Assembly (NCBI GenBank): GCA_965226995.1
Contig: CBDDFK010000009.1
Span: 27,699-91,698, forward strand
Source: Filomicrobium sp.
GTDB taxonomy: Bacteria; Pseudomonadota; Alphaproteobacteria; Rhizobiales; Hyphomicrobiaceae
Length of the DNA: 64,000 nt
Direction of reading: 5' to 3'
Positions within the stretch are counted from its first letter, which is position 1. Every line of letters starts with the position of its first letter. Shown here one piece after another: positions 1 through 10,730 of this stretch. The notes beneath the pieces were generated by a model. That model was not told the origin of the DNA, searched no databases, and was given only the letters and a program-made list of their open reading frames with translations. The position numbers were made by a program, and so were the translations under genes.

Positions 1-17
1 TCGCCATAGTCCAGCCC

Positions 18-1589
18 ATGTTGTGGCACAAACGACCCCGCTGTGTGCAAAGCGTGCCGTTGACGGGGGAAAGGGTGCGTCGTCCAATCCGCAGAATTGG
101 GGTCATTTCGCCTATCGCGTGCCGCGTGGCCGCGATGGCCGCGCTATTGCTCGCCGCATGCGGCCCGGTTTCCATGGCGGCGGCCGATGGCGTGATCCTG
201 CCCTACCGCTGCGAACTGAAGGATGGCGCGCCGCGCCTCAGCCCCGCTGAACCCTCCCGCTTCGAGATCGTTGGCGAGCGCCAGGAGCGCGCCTATACGG
301 CTTGCCGCGACGGCAAATCGGCCAACTGCCGCTCGATGATGGTGCATCGCTTCGACGTAAACTGCGCCGGAAAGAAAGTGGCCTGGGCTCGGCTGGCTGC
401 TCAGATGGAAACCGACCGCGTCGGGGGATCGTGGTTCGCCGATGGGCGCCTGAACCTCGTGATGCGCCCGCCTGCAAAACCGGGAGACAAGAACGCGCCA
501 AAGCGCAAGATGCGCTTCGTCCTGCCGCCGGGATACGCACCGGTCGGCGAGGTCGGCGCGCGGATCGCATTTGCCGGGACCGAACCTGGAACGGATGAAA
601 CGATCGAGCCGGCTCAAGCCACCGACGCCAACGGCGAAACCGCCCAGCCGCCTTCTGAAGGCGTCACTGTCGAGCCCATCCCGAACGCCGAAACCATCCC
701 AGCCCTACTCGACCAGAGCGCGATCTTCGATTCCTGGCAGACCGTCGTTCAGACCGCCGAAGCCGCTGTTCCCGGCCAAGCAGGGCTAACGCCAGCGCAC
801 GAAATCTCCGGCGCGACGACGAGTTCCATCTTCTGGTGGACGGCGTCGCTCCTCGCCGGCTCGCTTATTGCCGCCGCAGCCTGGATGACGCGACATCGGC
901 GGCTCGGTGCCGGAGCCGGGGCCTCGATGCGAGCCGCCGGTGCGGCTCTCGATCCCGTCCTTGCGCGCATACCGGTGCCCGCGGTCAATCCCGTTCTCGA
1001 GCGGCTGGGTGCGGCATTCTCCGGCGTCGGCGCTTCGCTGCGCGCCCGCTGGGTATCGCTCAAATGGCGCTGGTTCACCGCAGAAAAGCCCTGGGAATGG
1101 CGAAACACGACGATTGCGAATGGCGCGCAGTCGGCGGAAGCCCTGTTCGCGCGCGCCGACAAGGCGGTCCGCTCGCTTGGGCCGGCATCGGTCCTGCGCG
1201 ATACGCTGACCGCCGAACTTCGCAACGTGCGGCAGAAACTCGACGGGCTACGCGGCGCATCCGGCGATGTGCGTACCGCCCGCCTCTCCGCCAGCCTTCG
1301 GGCCATCGTCCGCGACCTTGAACGCATCGGGCGCATCGCCGACAGCGCGGCGGCGAGCCTCAAGACCGATCGCGACTCCGTCGTCATTCCAAACACCCGG
1401 ACCGAAGCCTTCGAGGTGCTCGGGCTCAACCCGGACACGCCGGAAGCGACCTTGAAGCGCATCGTCGATGCGCTGCGCATGGGCTGGCACCCCGACCATG
1501 CCCGCGACGAGGCCGACAAGGCTTCGCGCGAAGATCGCACCAAGCAGATCAACATCGCCTGGGACCTGATTGTCGGTAAGCGGCATTAA
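18..1589 (+). CDS. membrane-anchored J-domain (DnaJ-like) protein, N-terminal exported/lipobox-like region
   Basis: Long ORF with a C-terminal J-domain pattern (FEVLGLNPDTPEATLKRIVDALRMGWHPDH...QINIAWDLI, including the HPD tripeptide). N-terminal hydrophobic stretch ends in LLLAAC. One central TM segment (IFWWTASLLAGSLIAAAAWM). Start codon not resolved. Confidence 0.6.
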   Translation: MLWHKRPRCVQSVPLTGERVRRPIRRIGVISPIACRVAAMAALLLAACGPVSMAAADGVILPYRCELKDGAPRLSPAEPSRFEIVGERQERAYTACRDGKSANCRSMMVHRFDVNCAGKKVAWARLAAQMETDRVGGSWFADGRLNLVMRPPAKPGDKNAPKRKMRFVLPPGYAPVGEVGARIAFAGTEPGTDETIEPAQATDANGETAQPPSEGVTVEPIPNAETIPALLDQSAIFDSWQTVVQTAEAAVPGQAGLTPAHEISGATTSSIFWWTASLLAGSLIAAAAWMTRHRRLGAGAGASMRAAGAALDPVLARIPVPAVNPVLERLGAAFSGVGASLRARWVSLKWRWFTAEKPWEWRNTTIANGAQSAEALFARADKAVRSLGPASVLRDTLTAELRNVRQKLDGLRGASGDVRTARLSASLRAIVRDLERIGRIADSAAASLKTDRDSVVIPNTRTEAFEVLGLNPDTPEATLKRIVDALRMGWHPDHARDEADKASREDRTKQINIAWDLIVGKRH

Positions 1590-1725
1590 GCTATCCTCGC
1601 GGGCCGGGGGGATGCAGAAATGTTCGGCATGCCGCAGATTGCCACTGTTCTGAGATATCCCTGCGATATCCGGAGATGATGGCCCGGTCGGCGGCCGGGC
1701 ATGTGTGAAGCTTGAAGGAGCGGCG

Positions 1726-3609
1726 ATGGCAACGGTTCTATTCGTGCACGGCACGTATGCGCATTGGGATGGACGGCCCTCGGAGTCCGCCGCCCCCGGT
1801 GCCGAACCGCAGTGGTGGCAGCGCGGCAGCTCAACCGAGGCCGATCTCCAGCGCTTCATCGAGGGCGCCGACGGCGAAGTCCGTCAGGAACGGTTCCTAT
1901 GGAACGGCGACAACAGCGAGATCGAACGCCGGAAGGCCGGCGCACGCCTGCTTGCCCGTCTTCGCGAACTGGAAGCCGAAGGCGAGAAATATTGCCTCAT
2001 CGGCCATAGTCACGGCGGCTCGGTAATTGCCTCGGCTCTGACGATGGCGGCGGCGAAAAAGGTCGCCCTGCCCGGCCTTCAGCGCTGGATGACTGTCGGC
2101 ACGCCCTTCGTGGGACTGAGAAAAGAAGCGACCCTTTTCCTGCGCCTGACCCTGTTCCAGAAAGCGATGTTCGTCGCATCGCTGATGCTGCTCTTCATGT
2201 TCGCGTTCTATGTCCTGAGCGAATTCCTGACCGGCGGCCTCAATCTCGATAACCAGAACCAGCTCTATCGCATCGGCTTCAATTTCCTCTTGATGAGCCT
2301 GCCGCTCGCGGTCTTCTGGGCGATCTTCAAATACCTCGATATGCGCCAGCTCTACCTGTATCGGCCCTCCGTCCTGAAGCGCGCCCGCGAAAGCTTCGCG
2401 CCACGCTGGCTCGGTCTCTGGCACCAGGACGACGAGGCGATCTCCGGATTGAGTTCCGTCGGCTCAATCAAGCTCAAGCTGTTTCACCGCGACTTCGCGG
2501 TTCCCGCGCTCAGCCTGTTGTCGGTATTCCTCCTGCCGATGATCTATCTCTTCATCGTGACGTCGCCCAACACGATGATCTCGATTGCCGAGTGGCTGCG
2601 CGACGACATCTATCAGATCGCCGCATACGAAGACGACGAGTCGAAGATCGTCGCGGCGCGCCAGGAAGTCCGCCAGCTCCGCCGCTCCTTGCGCGGGGCC
2701 CGCTCGGAACTGGAGCGCGCCAAGAGCGACAACGAGGTGGGCGACAAGCTCGAAGCCCGCGAGAAGGTCCGCTCTCTCGAAAAGCGGATCCGCGATGCAC
2801 GCGAACGGTTGTTCCAGGAAAACCCGGAGCTGCAGTCCGTCGAGCGGGCGGTGCGCTTCAAACGCCGCTTCCTCCAGGAAAACGGCCGGCGCTGCGCGAA
2901 CGGCTCGCTATGCGGCCAGGGCCGCAACGTCGCTCTCAACAGCCGCCTGCTCCTGCACATCGTGACCGACGAAGCGACAAGTCTCGTGCTTGAAGAAGAC
3001 ATGTGGGGCGGACGCACCGGTTGGATTGTACGAAATCTGATCCCGATTTTCCTGGTTCCGATCGTCTTCGGGCTTCTCGCCGCCATTCTGGTGCTCGCGG
3101 TCCAGTTCATCGCCCGTTTCGTCAGCAGCATCCTGTCGAGCATTTTCGACAGCCTCACCTGGCACGAGGTGAAGCGCAACGTACTCGGCAACGATACCGA
3201 AACCGAAGTCGCCCTTACGGCCCGGCCGCACCCGCCGTGGCTTGACGCGTCGCCGCCGCCGCTGCCTGGAGAACTGAGCGCGCGGCTGACCGAAGTGAGT
3301 AACGAAGCGGCCGCCCAATCGCTCTGGAAGTTCCGCAACGCGATTGGCGAACTCGCCTTCACGGATGGCATGGACAACAAGCAGCAGAGCGTTTTCGATT
3401 ACCTGACCTGGCGTGAGCTGATCCACTCGTCCTACTTCGAGCTGCCCGAATTCCGCTGGCTTCTGGCCGAGGCGATCGCCCGGGAAGAGGGGTTCAAGCC
3501 AAGCGGATCGTTCAACGACAGCCAGGAGCAGCGCTCGGCCGCTTCCTGGGTCGTCGCGCTGGCGCCACCGGCAACTGGCGAAGCGACCTCATCGACGGCA
3601 ACCGCGTAA
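1726..3609 (+). CDS. alpha/beta-hydrolase-like membrane protein with coiled-coil segment, function unknown
   Basis: ATG at 1726 lies 5 nt after GAAGGAG. N-terminus VLFVHGT...LIGHSHGGSV has a GxSxG nucleophile elbow. Several hydrophobic TM-like stretches. Arg/Glu-rich heptad-like region (RQEVRQLRRSLRGARSELERAK...EKRIRDARERL). Confidence 0.6.
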   Translation: MATVLFVHGTYAHWDGRPSESAAPGAEPQWWQRGSSTEADLQRFIEGADGEVRQERFLWNGDNSEIERRKAGARLLARLRELEAEGEKYCLIGHSHGGSVIASALTMAAAKKVALPGLQRWMTVGTPFVGLRKEATLFLRLTLFQKAMFVASLMLLFMFAFYVLSEFLTGGLNLDNQNQLYRIGFNFLLMSLPLAVFWAIFKYLDMRQLYLYRPSVLKRARESFAPRWLGLWHQDDEAISGLSSVGSIKLKLFHRDFAVPALSLLSVFLLPMIYLFIVTSPNTMISIAEWLRDDIYQIAAYEDDESKIVAARQEVRQLRRSLRGARSELERAKSDNEVGDKLEAREKVRSLEKRIRDARERLFQENPELQSVERAVRFKRRFLQENGRRCANGSLCGQGRNVALNSRLLLHIVTDEATSLVLEEDMWGGRTGWIVRNLIPIFLVPIVFGLLAAILVLAVQFIARFVSSILSSIFDSLTWHEVKRNVLGNDTETEVALTARPHPPWLDASPPPLPGELSARLTEVSNEAAAQSLWKFRNAIGELAFTDGMDNKQQSVFDYLTWRELIHSSYFELPEFRWLLAEAIAREEGFKPSGSFNDSQEQRSAASWVVALAPPATGEATSSTATA

Positions 3610-3642
3610 GACCGAAACCGGGAACGGTGGCGTGCTGCGGCC

Positions 3643-4515
3643 TCACAGCTGCCGCACGTCGACGGCGACCGAAACGGTATGCTGCCCGCCGCCCAGAAGG
3701 ACGCCGCTGATCGGGCTCACATCGTCGAAATCGCGACCGACGGCAATGGCGATATGCTCGTCGGAATTAACGAGATTGTTGGTTGGATCGAAATCCACCC
3801 AGCCAACGGTCGGCGACCAAACCGAAAGCCATGCGTGCGAGGCGTCGGTCCCTTCCAGCTTCGGCTGACCTTCCGGCGGATGCGTGAGGATGTACCCGCT
3901 GACGTAGCGCGCGGGCAGGCCCAGCGTCCGCATCGCGGCGATCTGCAGATGAGCGAAATCCTGACAAACCCCCGACTTCTGCGCCAACACCTGATCGAGC
4001 GGCGTCGCGACATCCGTCGATGTGTTGTCGAAGGTGAAGGTCTCGTAGATATGCGCCATCAGCCGGCGCGCGCCTTCGAGCAGGGGAAGCCCCGGCTTGA
4101 AGACCTCCCGCGCGAAGGCATCGAGATTGGGAGCCGGCCGAATGAACGGGGACGCGCAGGTATACTGCAGGATTTCCGGCGGCAGATCCGAACCTTGCCG
4201 CGCGACATCCTCCCAATCCGGAGAAGCCTCGTAATCGGTCGGCGGGACGGTCTTCACCTCGATTTCGCTGACAGCCGAAACTGACAGTGCCCGATGCTCG
4301 TCTTCGAGCGAAACCAACGAAACCGGGTTGCCGAAGTAATCGGAGCGGTCGCTGCGCCAGGCAGGCTTTGGCACGATTTCGAGCCCGTGGTTCACGACCG
4401 TCTGATTGCCGAAGCGCCGCGGCGCAAGATGCAAGAGGTGCGTGGATTGAATAACCGGCGAGCTGTAGCTGTAGCCGGTGTGATGAGAGATCCGATAGCG
4501 GGGCATTGGCGGCAC
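3643..4515 (-). CDS. transglutaminase-like family protein (bacterial transglutaminase N-terminal region plus Cys-His-Asp core)
   Basis: N-terminus RYRISHHTGYSYSSPV. Core motifs SGVCQDFAHL, DASHAWLSVW and VDFDPTNN. The GTG at 4515 and the ATG at 4506 are both possible starts. Confidence 0.85.
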   Translation of the reverse strand: MPPMPRYRISHHTGYSYSSPVIQSTHLLHLAPRRFGNQTVVNHGLEIVPKPAWRSDRSDYFGNPVSLVSLEDEHRALSVSAVSEIEVKTVPPTDYEASPDWEDVARQGSDLPPEILQYTCASPFIRPAPNLDAFAREVFKPGLPLLEGARRLMAHIYETFTFDNTSTDVATPLDQVLAQKSGVCQDFAHLQIAAMRTLGLPARYVSGYILTHPPEGQPKLEGTDASHAWLSVWSPTVGWVDFDPTNNLVNSDEHIAIAVGRDFDDVSPISGVLLGGGQHTVSVAVDVRQL

Positions 4516-4561
4516 TCAGGCACCGAGGTTGATGAAAATACGGCTGGAAACCGGCATGCGG

Positions 4562-7216
4562 TTAGCGCGGCGAATTGAGATTGACACGCTGCGGCTGCTC
4601 GTCGGCCAGACTGAAATAGCTTCGCGAGATCAACTCCGATAGGCGCGGCAGAGCTTCGATCAGGTTGTCGAACAAATGCGCCAGCGAAGGACGCTCTCCG
4701 GCCGCGTTGGTCTCCGCCAGAGCTTCGACATCGGCCAGCCGGACCTTGGTGAGGAGTTCCAGTGCCAGCCTCTGATCGGGTCCGCGCATGGCATCGTCCG
4801 CCGACTTCGGCAGGCGTCCGATATGGTCCGAAATCGCCGATAGCTGGAACGCCAGACTGCGCGGGTTGGTCTCGTCGATGACCAGTAGATCGAGGACGAG
4901 CGGCAACTCCGGCGCGAACCGGTAGCGCGAGCGGAAGGTGATGAAACTGTCGGCGGCCTGCAGGGCGAAGATCATGTCATCGCCGACGAGGTCGTCGTCG
5001 TCATGCCGGTTGAACAGCGAAGCCAGCAGGCGCGAAAGCTGCAACGCGCGCTCGATCCGCCGCCCAAGGTCCATGAACAGCCAGCCATCGTTACGCGTCA
5101 TGTTTTCGTGCGACATGCCTGCGAACGCCGCCAGCCTGTCCAGCATATCTTCAGCTGCGTCGATGATGTCGACGGCATTCGCCGCCAGGGAAGACGGCAG
5201 CATTTCCGGCGGAACGTTTTCCGGCAGGTGACAGGCGATGGGCTCGACCGAGAAACCCTTCAAGAGACGCCAGCTATCTTCCGACAGCCGGTCCCGGCAT
5301 TCGAGTGCCAGGCCACGGATACTCTCGAACGTCTTCGGCAACCCCTGCAGTTTGTCCGGGCTGGTACACAACTCGCTAAGGGACGCCCAAACGGGCTCCG
5401 ACTCGTTGGCGATGTTGGTTACGGAGTCGCTGAGGTCATCGTCCGTTTCGAGGATGGCGTGCAGGGCACGCACCGGCCGCTCGCTGGCCGACAGCGCGAG
5501 AAGATCCGCCGCCGTACGTCGCAGCGTTTGCCGGATGACCCGCAACGTGCCGTCGGCCCGCTCGACGTAGCGCCCGAGCCAGAACAGGTTGTCGGCGGTG
5601 CGGCTCTGCAAGGGCTGCGCACGCCGTTGCACCCGCACATCCTGAGCCGCCAGCCGCGCAAGGCTGATGTTGGGGAGTACCCGGTCGTCGCTCGCCACCC
5701 ACACATCCCGCGACCGCGCGCCAAGCGACGTCAGCGCGACGTTGTCGTCGCCATCGACGGACAAGGCCAGGCCGCCCGGCATGACCGAGAACTCGCCCCC
5801 GATGGACGCAACGTAGACGCGGATCGCGTAGCGTTCCGGATGCAGGCCTTCACCGCCCCATGCCGGCGCCGTTGCGAACCCCACCGACTTCTCGGCGACG
5901 AGTTGCGCACCGGCATAACGGATCTCGTTTTCGAGCGCGGCGCGGCCGGCCGCATCGAGCGACGAAGCCTTGCGTCCCGGCGATGCCTCGCCGGGGCTCC
6001 CTGTCCCTTCCTGGGCGCTGTAGATCACCTGGTTTTCGAGATCGGACAGCACATACTCCCGCGCCACAGGGTCGCCCAGCCACAGCCGCGGCGTATCGTT
6101 GAGAACCAGGTCCTCGCGCAGGAATTTCTGGCAGATGCCGCCAAGGTAGCCGGACAGCCCGCGGTTCTCGACGACGGCGGTGCCCAGCGCGTTGACGACG
6201 AGATCGGGATTGTGCCGGCAGGCTTCCACCAGCCCAACCGGTCCGTCGAATCCGTTCGCCGACAGCTCGAGCGGATCGGCCTTGTGGCTTTCCACCGCCC
6301 GCACGATCAGATCGACTTTCCGCAGACCGTTGATCGTCTTCAGGTAGACGCGGTTGCCGACGACGCGCAGATCGGAACCGCCGACGCGCTTCTGGCTCAT
6401 GTAGCGCGCCATGAACGAATGACCGACGAATGCCGACTGGCTCGGCCCCGGGGCAAGCACGGCGATCAGCGGATCCTCGCTGCCAGAGCGCCGGATGAGA
6501 TCGTCCATCAGCCCCTGATAGAACGGCCCGATCCGCAAGGCACCGGTCTGCCGGAAGAGATTGCCCGCAACCTCGGAGATCACCATGCGGTTCGCCAGCG
6601 CGAAACCATGCCCGGCCGGCGTCTCCGTGTGCGTGTCGATGATCCGCCAGTTGCCTTGATGGTCACGCGCGAAATCGAGGGCGAGGAATGTCAGGTGGCC
6701 GTCTGCCGGCGCCAGTCCATGCACCGGCCGCAGAAAACTGCCGTCGTTGTAGATGAGCGAGGGCGGAACGAGACCGTCGGAAAACACCGTCTGCGCGCCG
6801 TAGAGATCGGCAAGCAGCGCGTTGTAGAGACGGGCACGCTGGATGGATGCGGCTTCGATAACGCTCCACGCCGCGCGGTCGAGGATGACGGGGACCACGT
6901 CGAGCCGCCATGAGGGACGACCGCGCTGTGGATCGAAGAAATGCTCGAAGACAAGCCGTTCGGTCTTCTGCGCCAGACTGGCCTGCTCCGCGTGATCGGT
7001 CCGCTGAAACCAGTTCAGACAAGCCCGCCACGCCGGGCGCACCGATCCGCTGGCGTCCACGGCTTCATCGTAGACGCCCGGCAATGCCGCGTAGAAGTCC
7101 GCCGAAGCGGCTTCCGGCGGCGCGGCCGAAGCCACAGCGGATTGCGTCGTCATTGCCTGATCGGCTCCCGAACCCTTGCGTCCGTGCGGTGAGAAGAGAC
7201 TCGATAACCAGGACAC
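4562..7216 (-). CDS. fused circularly permuted ATP-grasp (type 2) / alpha-E domain protein
   Basis: 884-aa ORF. The N-terminal half is paralogous to the 516-aa ATP-grasp protein at 11874..13424. The C-terminal part starts with the alpha-E hallmark TADNLFWLGRYVERADGTLRVIR. GTG start at 7216. Confidence 0.85.
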   Translation of the reverse strand: MSWLSSLFSPHGRKGSGADQAMTTQSAVASAAPPEAASADFYAALPGVYDEAVDASGSVRPAWRACLNWFQRTDHAEQASLAQKTERLVFEHFFDPQRGRPSWRLDVVPVILDRAAWSVIEAASIQRARLYNALLADLYGAQTVFSDGLVPPSLIYNDGSFLRPVHGLAPADGHLTFLALDFARDHQGNWRIIDTHTETPAGHGFALANRMVISEVAGNLFRQTGALRIGPFYQGLMDDLIRRSGSEDPLIAVLAPGPSQSAFVGHSFMARYMSQKRVGGSDLRVVGNRVYLKTINGLRKVDLIVRAVESHKADPLELSANGFDGPVGLVEACRHNPDLVVNALGTAVVENRGLSGYLGGICQKFLREDLVLNDTPRLWLGDPVAREYVLSDLENQVIYSAQEGTGSPGEASPGRKASSLDAAGRAALENEIRYAGAQLVAEKSVGFATAPAWGGEGLHPERYAIRVYVASIGGEFSVMPGGLALSVDGDDNVALTSLGARSRDVWVASDDRVLPNISLARLAAQDVRVQRRAQPLQSRTADNLFWLGRYVERADGTLRVIRQTLRRTAADLLALSASERPVRALHAILETDDDLSDSVTNIANESEPVWASLSELCTSPDKLQGLPKTFESIRGLALECRDRLSEDSWRLLKGFSVEPIACHLPENVPPEMLPSSLAANAVDIIDAAEDMLDRLAAFAGMSHENMTRNDGWLFMDLGRRIERALQLSRLLASLFNRHDDDDLVGDDMIFALQAADSFITFRSRYRFAPELPLVLDLLVIDETNPRSLAFQLSAISDHIGRLPKSADDAMRGPDQRLALELLTKVRLADVEALAETNAAGERPSLAHLFDNLIEALPRLSELISRSYFSLADEQPQRVNLNSPR

Positions 7217-7330
7217 CCCAGCCTCAGCTTATCGTATTTCGCATTAAACCGGAGCCGGTAACCGGCACATTGCCCTTTAGGTTACCCGACTGATGCACAA
7301 GAGTTACGGCTGCGCTCCAAAATGCCACTG

Positions 7331-10300
7331 TCAGCTGAACTGCCGCAGGTCGAGCGTCGCCGGATAGTCGGCGTTGCGATGCGCTGCGGGGACGGCCAAC
7401 GGACCGGGGGAATGGCCGCGCGGCTCGAACCGGGAATGGCGCCGCCCTTCCGCTTCGAAGGCGTTGACAGGCATCGTATCGAAGTATTTCCCGCCTGGGT
7501 GTGACACGTGATAGCGGCAACCGCCTAGTGCCCGCCCGGTCCAGGTGTCGATGATGTCGAAGACCAGCGGCGTGTGAATACCGATCGTGGGGTGGAGGCA
7601 CATCGGCGGTTGCCAGGCGCGATAACGTACGCCGGCAACGCCTTCGCCTTGCGCCCCCGTCGCGGCAAGCGGAACCCGCTGCCCGCCGCAAACGATGACG
7701 TGACGGTCGTCGGTCAGCCCCGTCGCCTTCACCTGCAGCCGTTCCAGCGAGGAATCGACATACCGCGCGGTTCCGCCGACCACACCCTGCTCGCCCATGA
7801 CGTGCCACGGCTCCAGCGCCTGCCGCAATTCCAGATTGATCCCCTCGTAGGTCACGCTGCCGAAACTCGGGAACCGGAATTCGAAGTGCGGATCGAACCA
7901 CGCCGGGTCGAACCGGAACCCGTGCGCTTCGAGGTCGCCGAGGACATCGAGCAGGTCCGACCAGACGAAATGCGGCAGCATGAAACGATCGTGCAGGTCC
8001 GTGCCCCATCGGATCAGTCGGCCCTTGTAGGGGTTCTCCCAGAAGCGCGCGATCAGCGCCCGCAGGAGAAGCTGCTGCGCCAAGCTCATGCGCGGATGCG
8101 GCGGCATCTCGAAGGAGCGGAACTCGACGAGACCCAGACGCCCCGTCGGACCGTCCGGGGAGTAAAGCTTGTCGATGCAGATCTCGGCGCGGTGGGTATT
8201 GCCCGTCACGTCGATCAGCAGGTTCCGGAACAGCCTGTCGACGATCCACAGCGGGATCTGGCCCTCGCCCGGCGCCGGCACCTGCCGCATCGCGATTTCG
8301 AGTTCGTACAGACCTTCGTGGCGCGCTTCGTCAACGCGCGGCGCCTGGCTCGTCGGCCCGATGAACATGCCGGAGAACAGATACGAGAGCGAGGGGTGGT
8401 GCTGCCAATAGGTGATCAGGCTCGCCAGCAGATCCGGCCGCCGCAGGAACGGACTGTCCTGCGGCGTCGAACCGCCAACCACGATGTGGTTGCCGCCCCC
8501 GGTGCCGGAGTGCCGGCCGTCGATCATGAACTTCTCCGTCCCCAGGCGGCACTGGAAGGCGGCTTCATAGAGGCGCTCGGTGGTATCGACCGCCTCCTGC
8601 CAGGTCTTCGAGGGGTGGATGTTGACCTCGATGACGCCGGGGTCGGGTGTCACCTTGATGACTTGCAGCCGCGGATCGAACGGCGGTTCATAGCCCTCGA
8701 TATGCACCGGCTGCTCCAGCCGCGCTGCCGTTTCCTCGATCGCCGCCACAAGAGCCGCGTAGTCCTCGGCGTTTTCCAGCGGCGGCATGAAAATGCACAG
8801 ATGCCCGTCGCGCGGTTCGAGGGCCATGGCGGTGCGCACGGCCCCGGAGATCTCGGTCGCGGCCGTCGGCGGCAACGGCGGCGCCTCCAGCGTCACGATG
8901 CGGCGCTGCTCGAGCAGGCGTCGGCGCTCCGGCAACGGCCGGCGTTGCGCCAGCGGATCCTGCGGTTGAACGTCGGGCCGGTCGACCGGCATCAGATAGG
9001 GCAGCCCCCCGAGCGGCAAGCGGAACCCGACAGGCGAATCGCCCGGCACCAGGAACAGCCGTCCGCGCCGGAACTGCCAGCGCTCGGTCGCCCAGCGCCG
9101 CCCCATGTCCTTGGTCTGCCACGCCTGGATCGGCAGGACATAACCTGCTGGAGACCCGAGCCCGCGCTCGAAGGCCTTGATGATCCTCTGCCGCTCGGCT
9201 TCGTCTTCGAGCTTGTTATCCTCGACGTCGAGGTTCACCGGCAGTTTCTGCTCGATAAGAGCGAAATGCGCGGCATCCTCGTAGGCCGCGATCCCGCTAT
9301 CGCCAGGAAGCCCGAGCTGGTCGCAAAGGGTATCGACAAACCGCCGCGTCATGTCGATATCGACCGGCTTTTTCGGCCGCTCTGCGTCGATGAGTTCCGG
9401 ACGCTCCCACAACGGCTGGCCGTCGTCACGCCAGTAGCAGGCGAACGCCCAGCGCGGCAATTGCTCGCCCGGATACCATTTGCCCTGGCCGAAGTGCATC
9501 AGACCGCCGTCGGCGAATTCGCTGCCGAGCCGGCGGACCAGATCCTCTGCGTAATGACGCTTCGTCGGCCCGACGGCCTGGTTGGTCCATTCCCCCGCTT
9601 CCATGTCGGAAACCGACACGAACGTCGGCTCGCCGCCCATGGTGAGACGCACATCGCCGGTCTTCAGGCGCTCATCGACCATGTCGCCAAGCTTGAGAAT
9701 CGCCGTCCACTGCTCATCGGTATAAGGCTTCGTCACCCGCGGCGTCTCGGCGACGCGGCTGAGGCTCATCTCGAAATCGAACGAAACCTCGGCCTCGGTA
9801 TGAGCGCCGGTTATCGGCGCGGCCGACGATGGACTGGGCGTCGCCGCCAGCGGGATGTGCCCTTCGCTCGCCAGGAGACCTGACGTCGGGTCGAGCCCGA
9901 CCCAGCCGGCACCGGGCAGATAAACCTCCGCCCAGGCATGCAGGTCAGTAAAGTCCTGCTCCGCGCCCGCCGGCCCGTCGAGCGGCTTCACGTCGGGCTT
10001 GAGCTGAATGAGGTAGCCGGAGACGAACCGGGCCGCCAAACCCATGTGGCGGAGGATATGCACGAGCAGCCAGCTCGAATCACGGCACGAGCCCGACCGT
10101 TTCGTCAGCGTTTCCTCAGGCGTTTGAACGCCCGGCTCCATGCGGATGAGATAGTCGATATGCCGTTCGAGCTTCTGGTTGAGATCGACGATCACGTCGA
10201 TCGTCGAGGTGCCGGTCTTGTAATCGAGCTGGTTGACGAAGGCGGCGAGCAGCGGACCGGGCGGAGGCACGGCGAGATAGGGCCGCAGGTCCTCCTTGAG

Positions 10301-10627
10301 GTCGGCATCGTAGGTGAACGACCATTCCCGCGCGTCCTCTTCGAGGAAAAAGTCGAACGGATTGAGGACCGCCATTTCGGCCACGAGATCGACGGTCACG
10401 GAAAACCGTTCAGTCTTCTCGTTGGCCACCATCCGGCCGAGGAAGTTCCCGAAGGGGTCCTGCTGCCAGTTGAGGAAATGGTCTTTCGGTTCGAGATTGA
10501 GCGAATAGCTGACGATCTTGGTCCGGGCGTGCGGCGCAGGTCGCAGACGGATAACCTGGGGACTCAGTGTCACCAGGCGATCGTAGGTGTACGTCGTGCG
10601 GTGCGTAAGCGCGACTTTGATCGACAC
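7331..10627 (-). CDS. large transglutaminase-like protein (transglutaminase N-terminal region, core, and DUF2126-type C-terminal region)
   Basis: 1098-aa ORF. N-terminus SIKVALTHRTTYTYDR. Core motifs SGSCRDSSWLLVHILR, DLHAWAEVYLPGAGWVGLDPTSG. Long conserved C-terminal extension. GTG start. Confidence 0.85.
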   Translation of the reverse strand: MSIKVALTHRTTYTYDRLVTLSPQVIRLRPAPHARTKIVSYSLNLEPKDHFLNWQQDPFGNFLGRMVANEKTERFSVTVDLVAEMAVLNPFDFFLEEDAREWSFTYDADLKEDLRPYLAVPPPGPLLAAFVNQLDYKTGTSTIDVIVDLNQKLERHIDYLIRMEPGVQTPEETLTKRSGSCRDSSWLLVHILRHMGLAARFVSGYLIQLKPDVKPLDGPAGAEQDFTDLHAWAEVYLPGAGWVGLDPTSGLLASEGHIPLAATPSPSSAAPITGAHTEAEVSFDFEMSLSRVAETPRVTKPYTDEQWTAILKLGDMVDERLKTGDVRLTMGGEPTFVSVSDMEAGEWTNQAVGPTKRHYAEDLVRRLGSEFADGGLMHFGQGKWYPGEQLPRWAFACYWRDDGQPLWERPELIDAERPKKPVDIDMTRRFVDTLCDQLGLPGDSGIAAYEDAAHFALIEQKLPVNLDVEDNKLEDEAERQRIIKAFERGLGSPAGYVLPIQAWQTKDMGRRWATERWQFRRGRLFLVPGDSPVGFRLPLGGLPYLMPVDRPDVQPQDPLAQRRPLPERRRLLEQRRIVTLEAPPLPPTAATEISGAVRTAMALEPRDGHLCIFMPPLENAEDYAALVAAIEETAARLEQPVHIEGYEPPFDPRLQVIKVTPDPGVIEVNIHPSKTWQEAVDTTERLYEAAFQCRLGTEKFMIDGRHSGTGGGNHIVVGGSTPQDSPFLRRPDLLASLITYWQHHPSLSYLFSGMFIGPTSQAPRVDEARHEGLYELEIAMRQVPAPGEGQIPLWIVDRLFRNLLIDVTGNTHRAEICIDKLYSPDGPTGRLGLVEFRSFEMPPHPRMSLAQQLLLRALIARFWENPYKGRLIRWGTDLHDRFMLPHFVWSDLLDVLGDLEAHGFRFDPAWFDPHFEFRFPSFGSVTYEGINLELRQALEPWHVMGEQGVVGGTARYVDSSLERLQVKATGLTDDRHVIVCGGQRVPLAATGAQGEGVAGVRYRAWQPPMCLHPTIGIHTPLVFDIIDTWTGRALGGCRYHVSHPGGKYFDTMPVNAFEAEGRRHSRFEPRGHSPGPLAVPAAHRNADYPATLDLRQFS

Positions 10628-10730
10628 GTGGCTTCATCTCCCGTGTATGCATGGTCGTCGGAAAACGGCTGGGATGGGCACCGGTACTGCAAAGCAAGGG
10701 CATGCCGCCCGGCGCGAGAGTTGGGCATTA

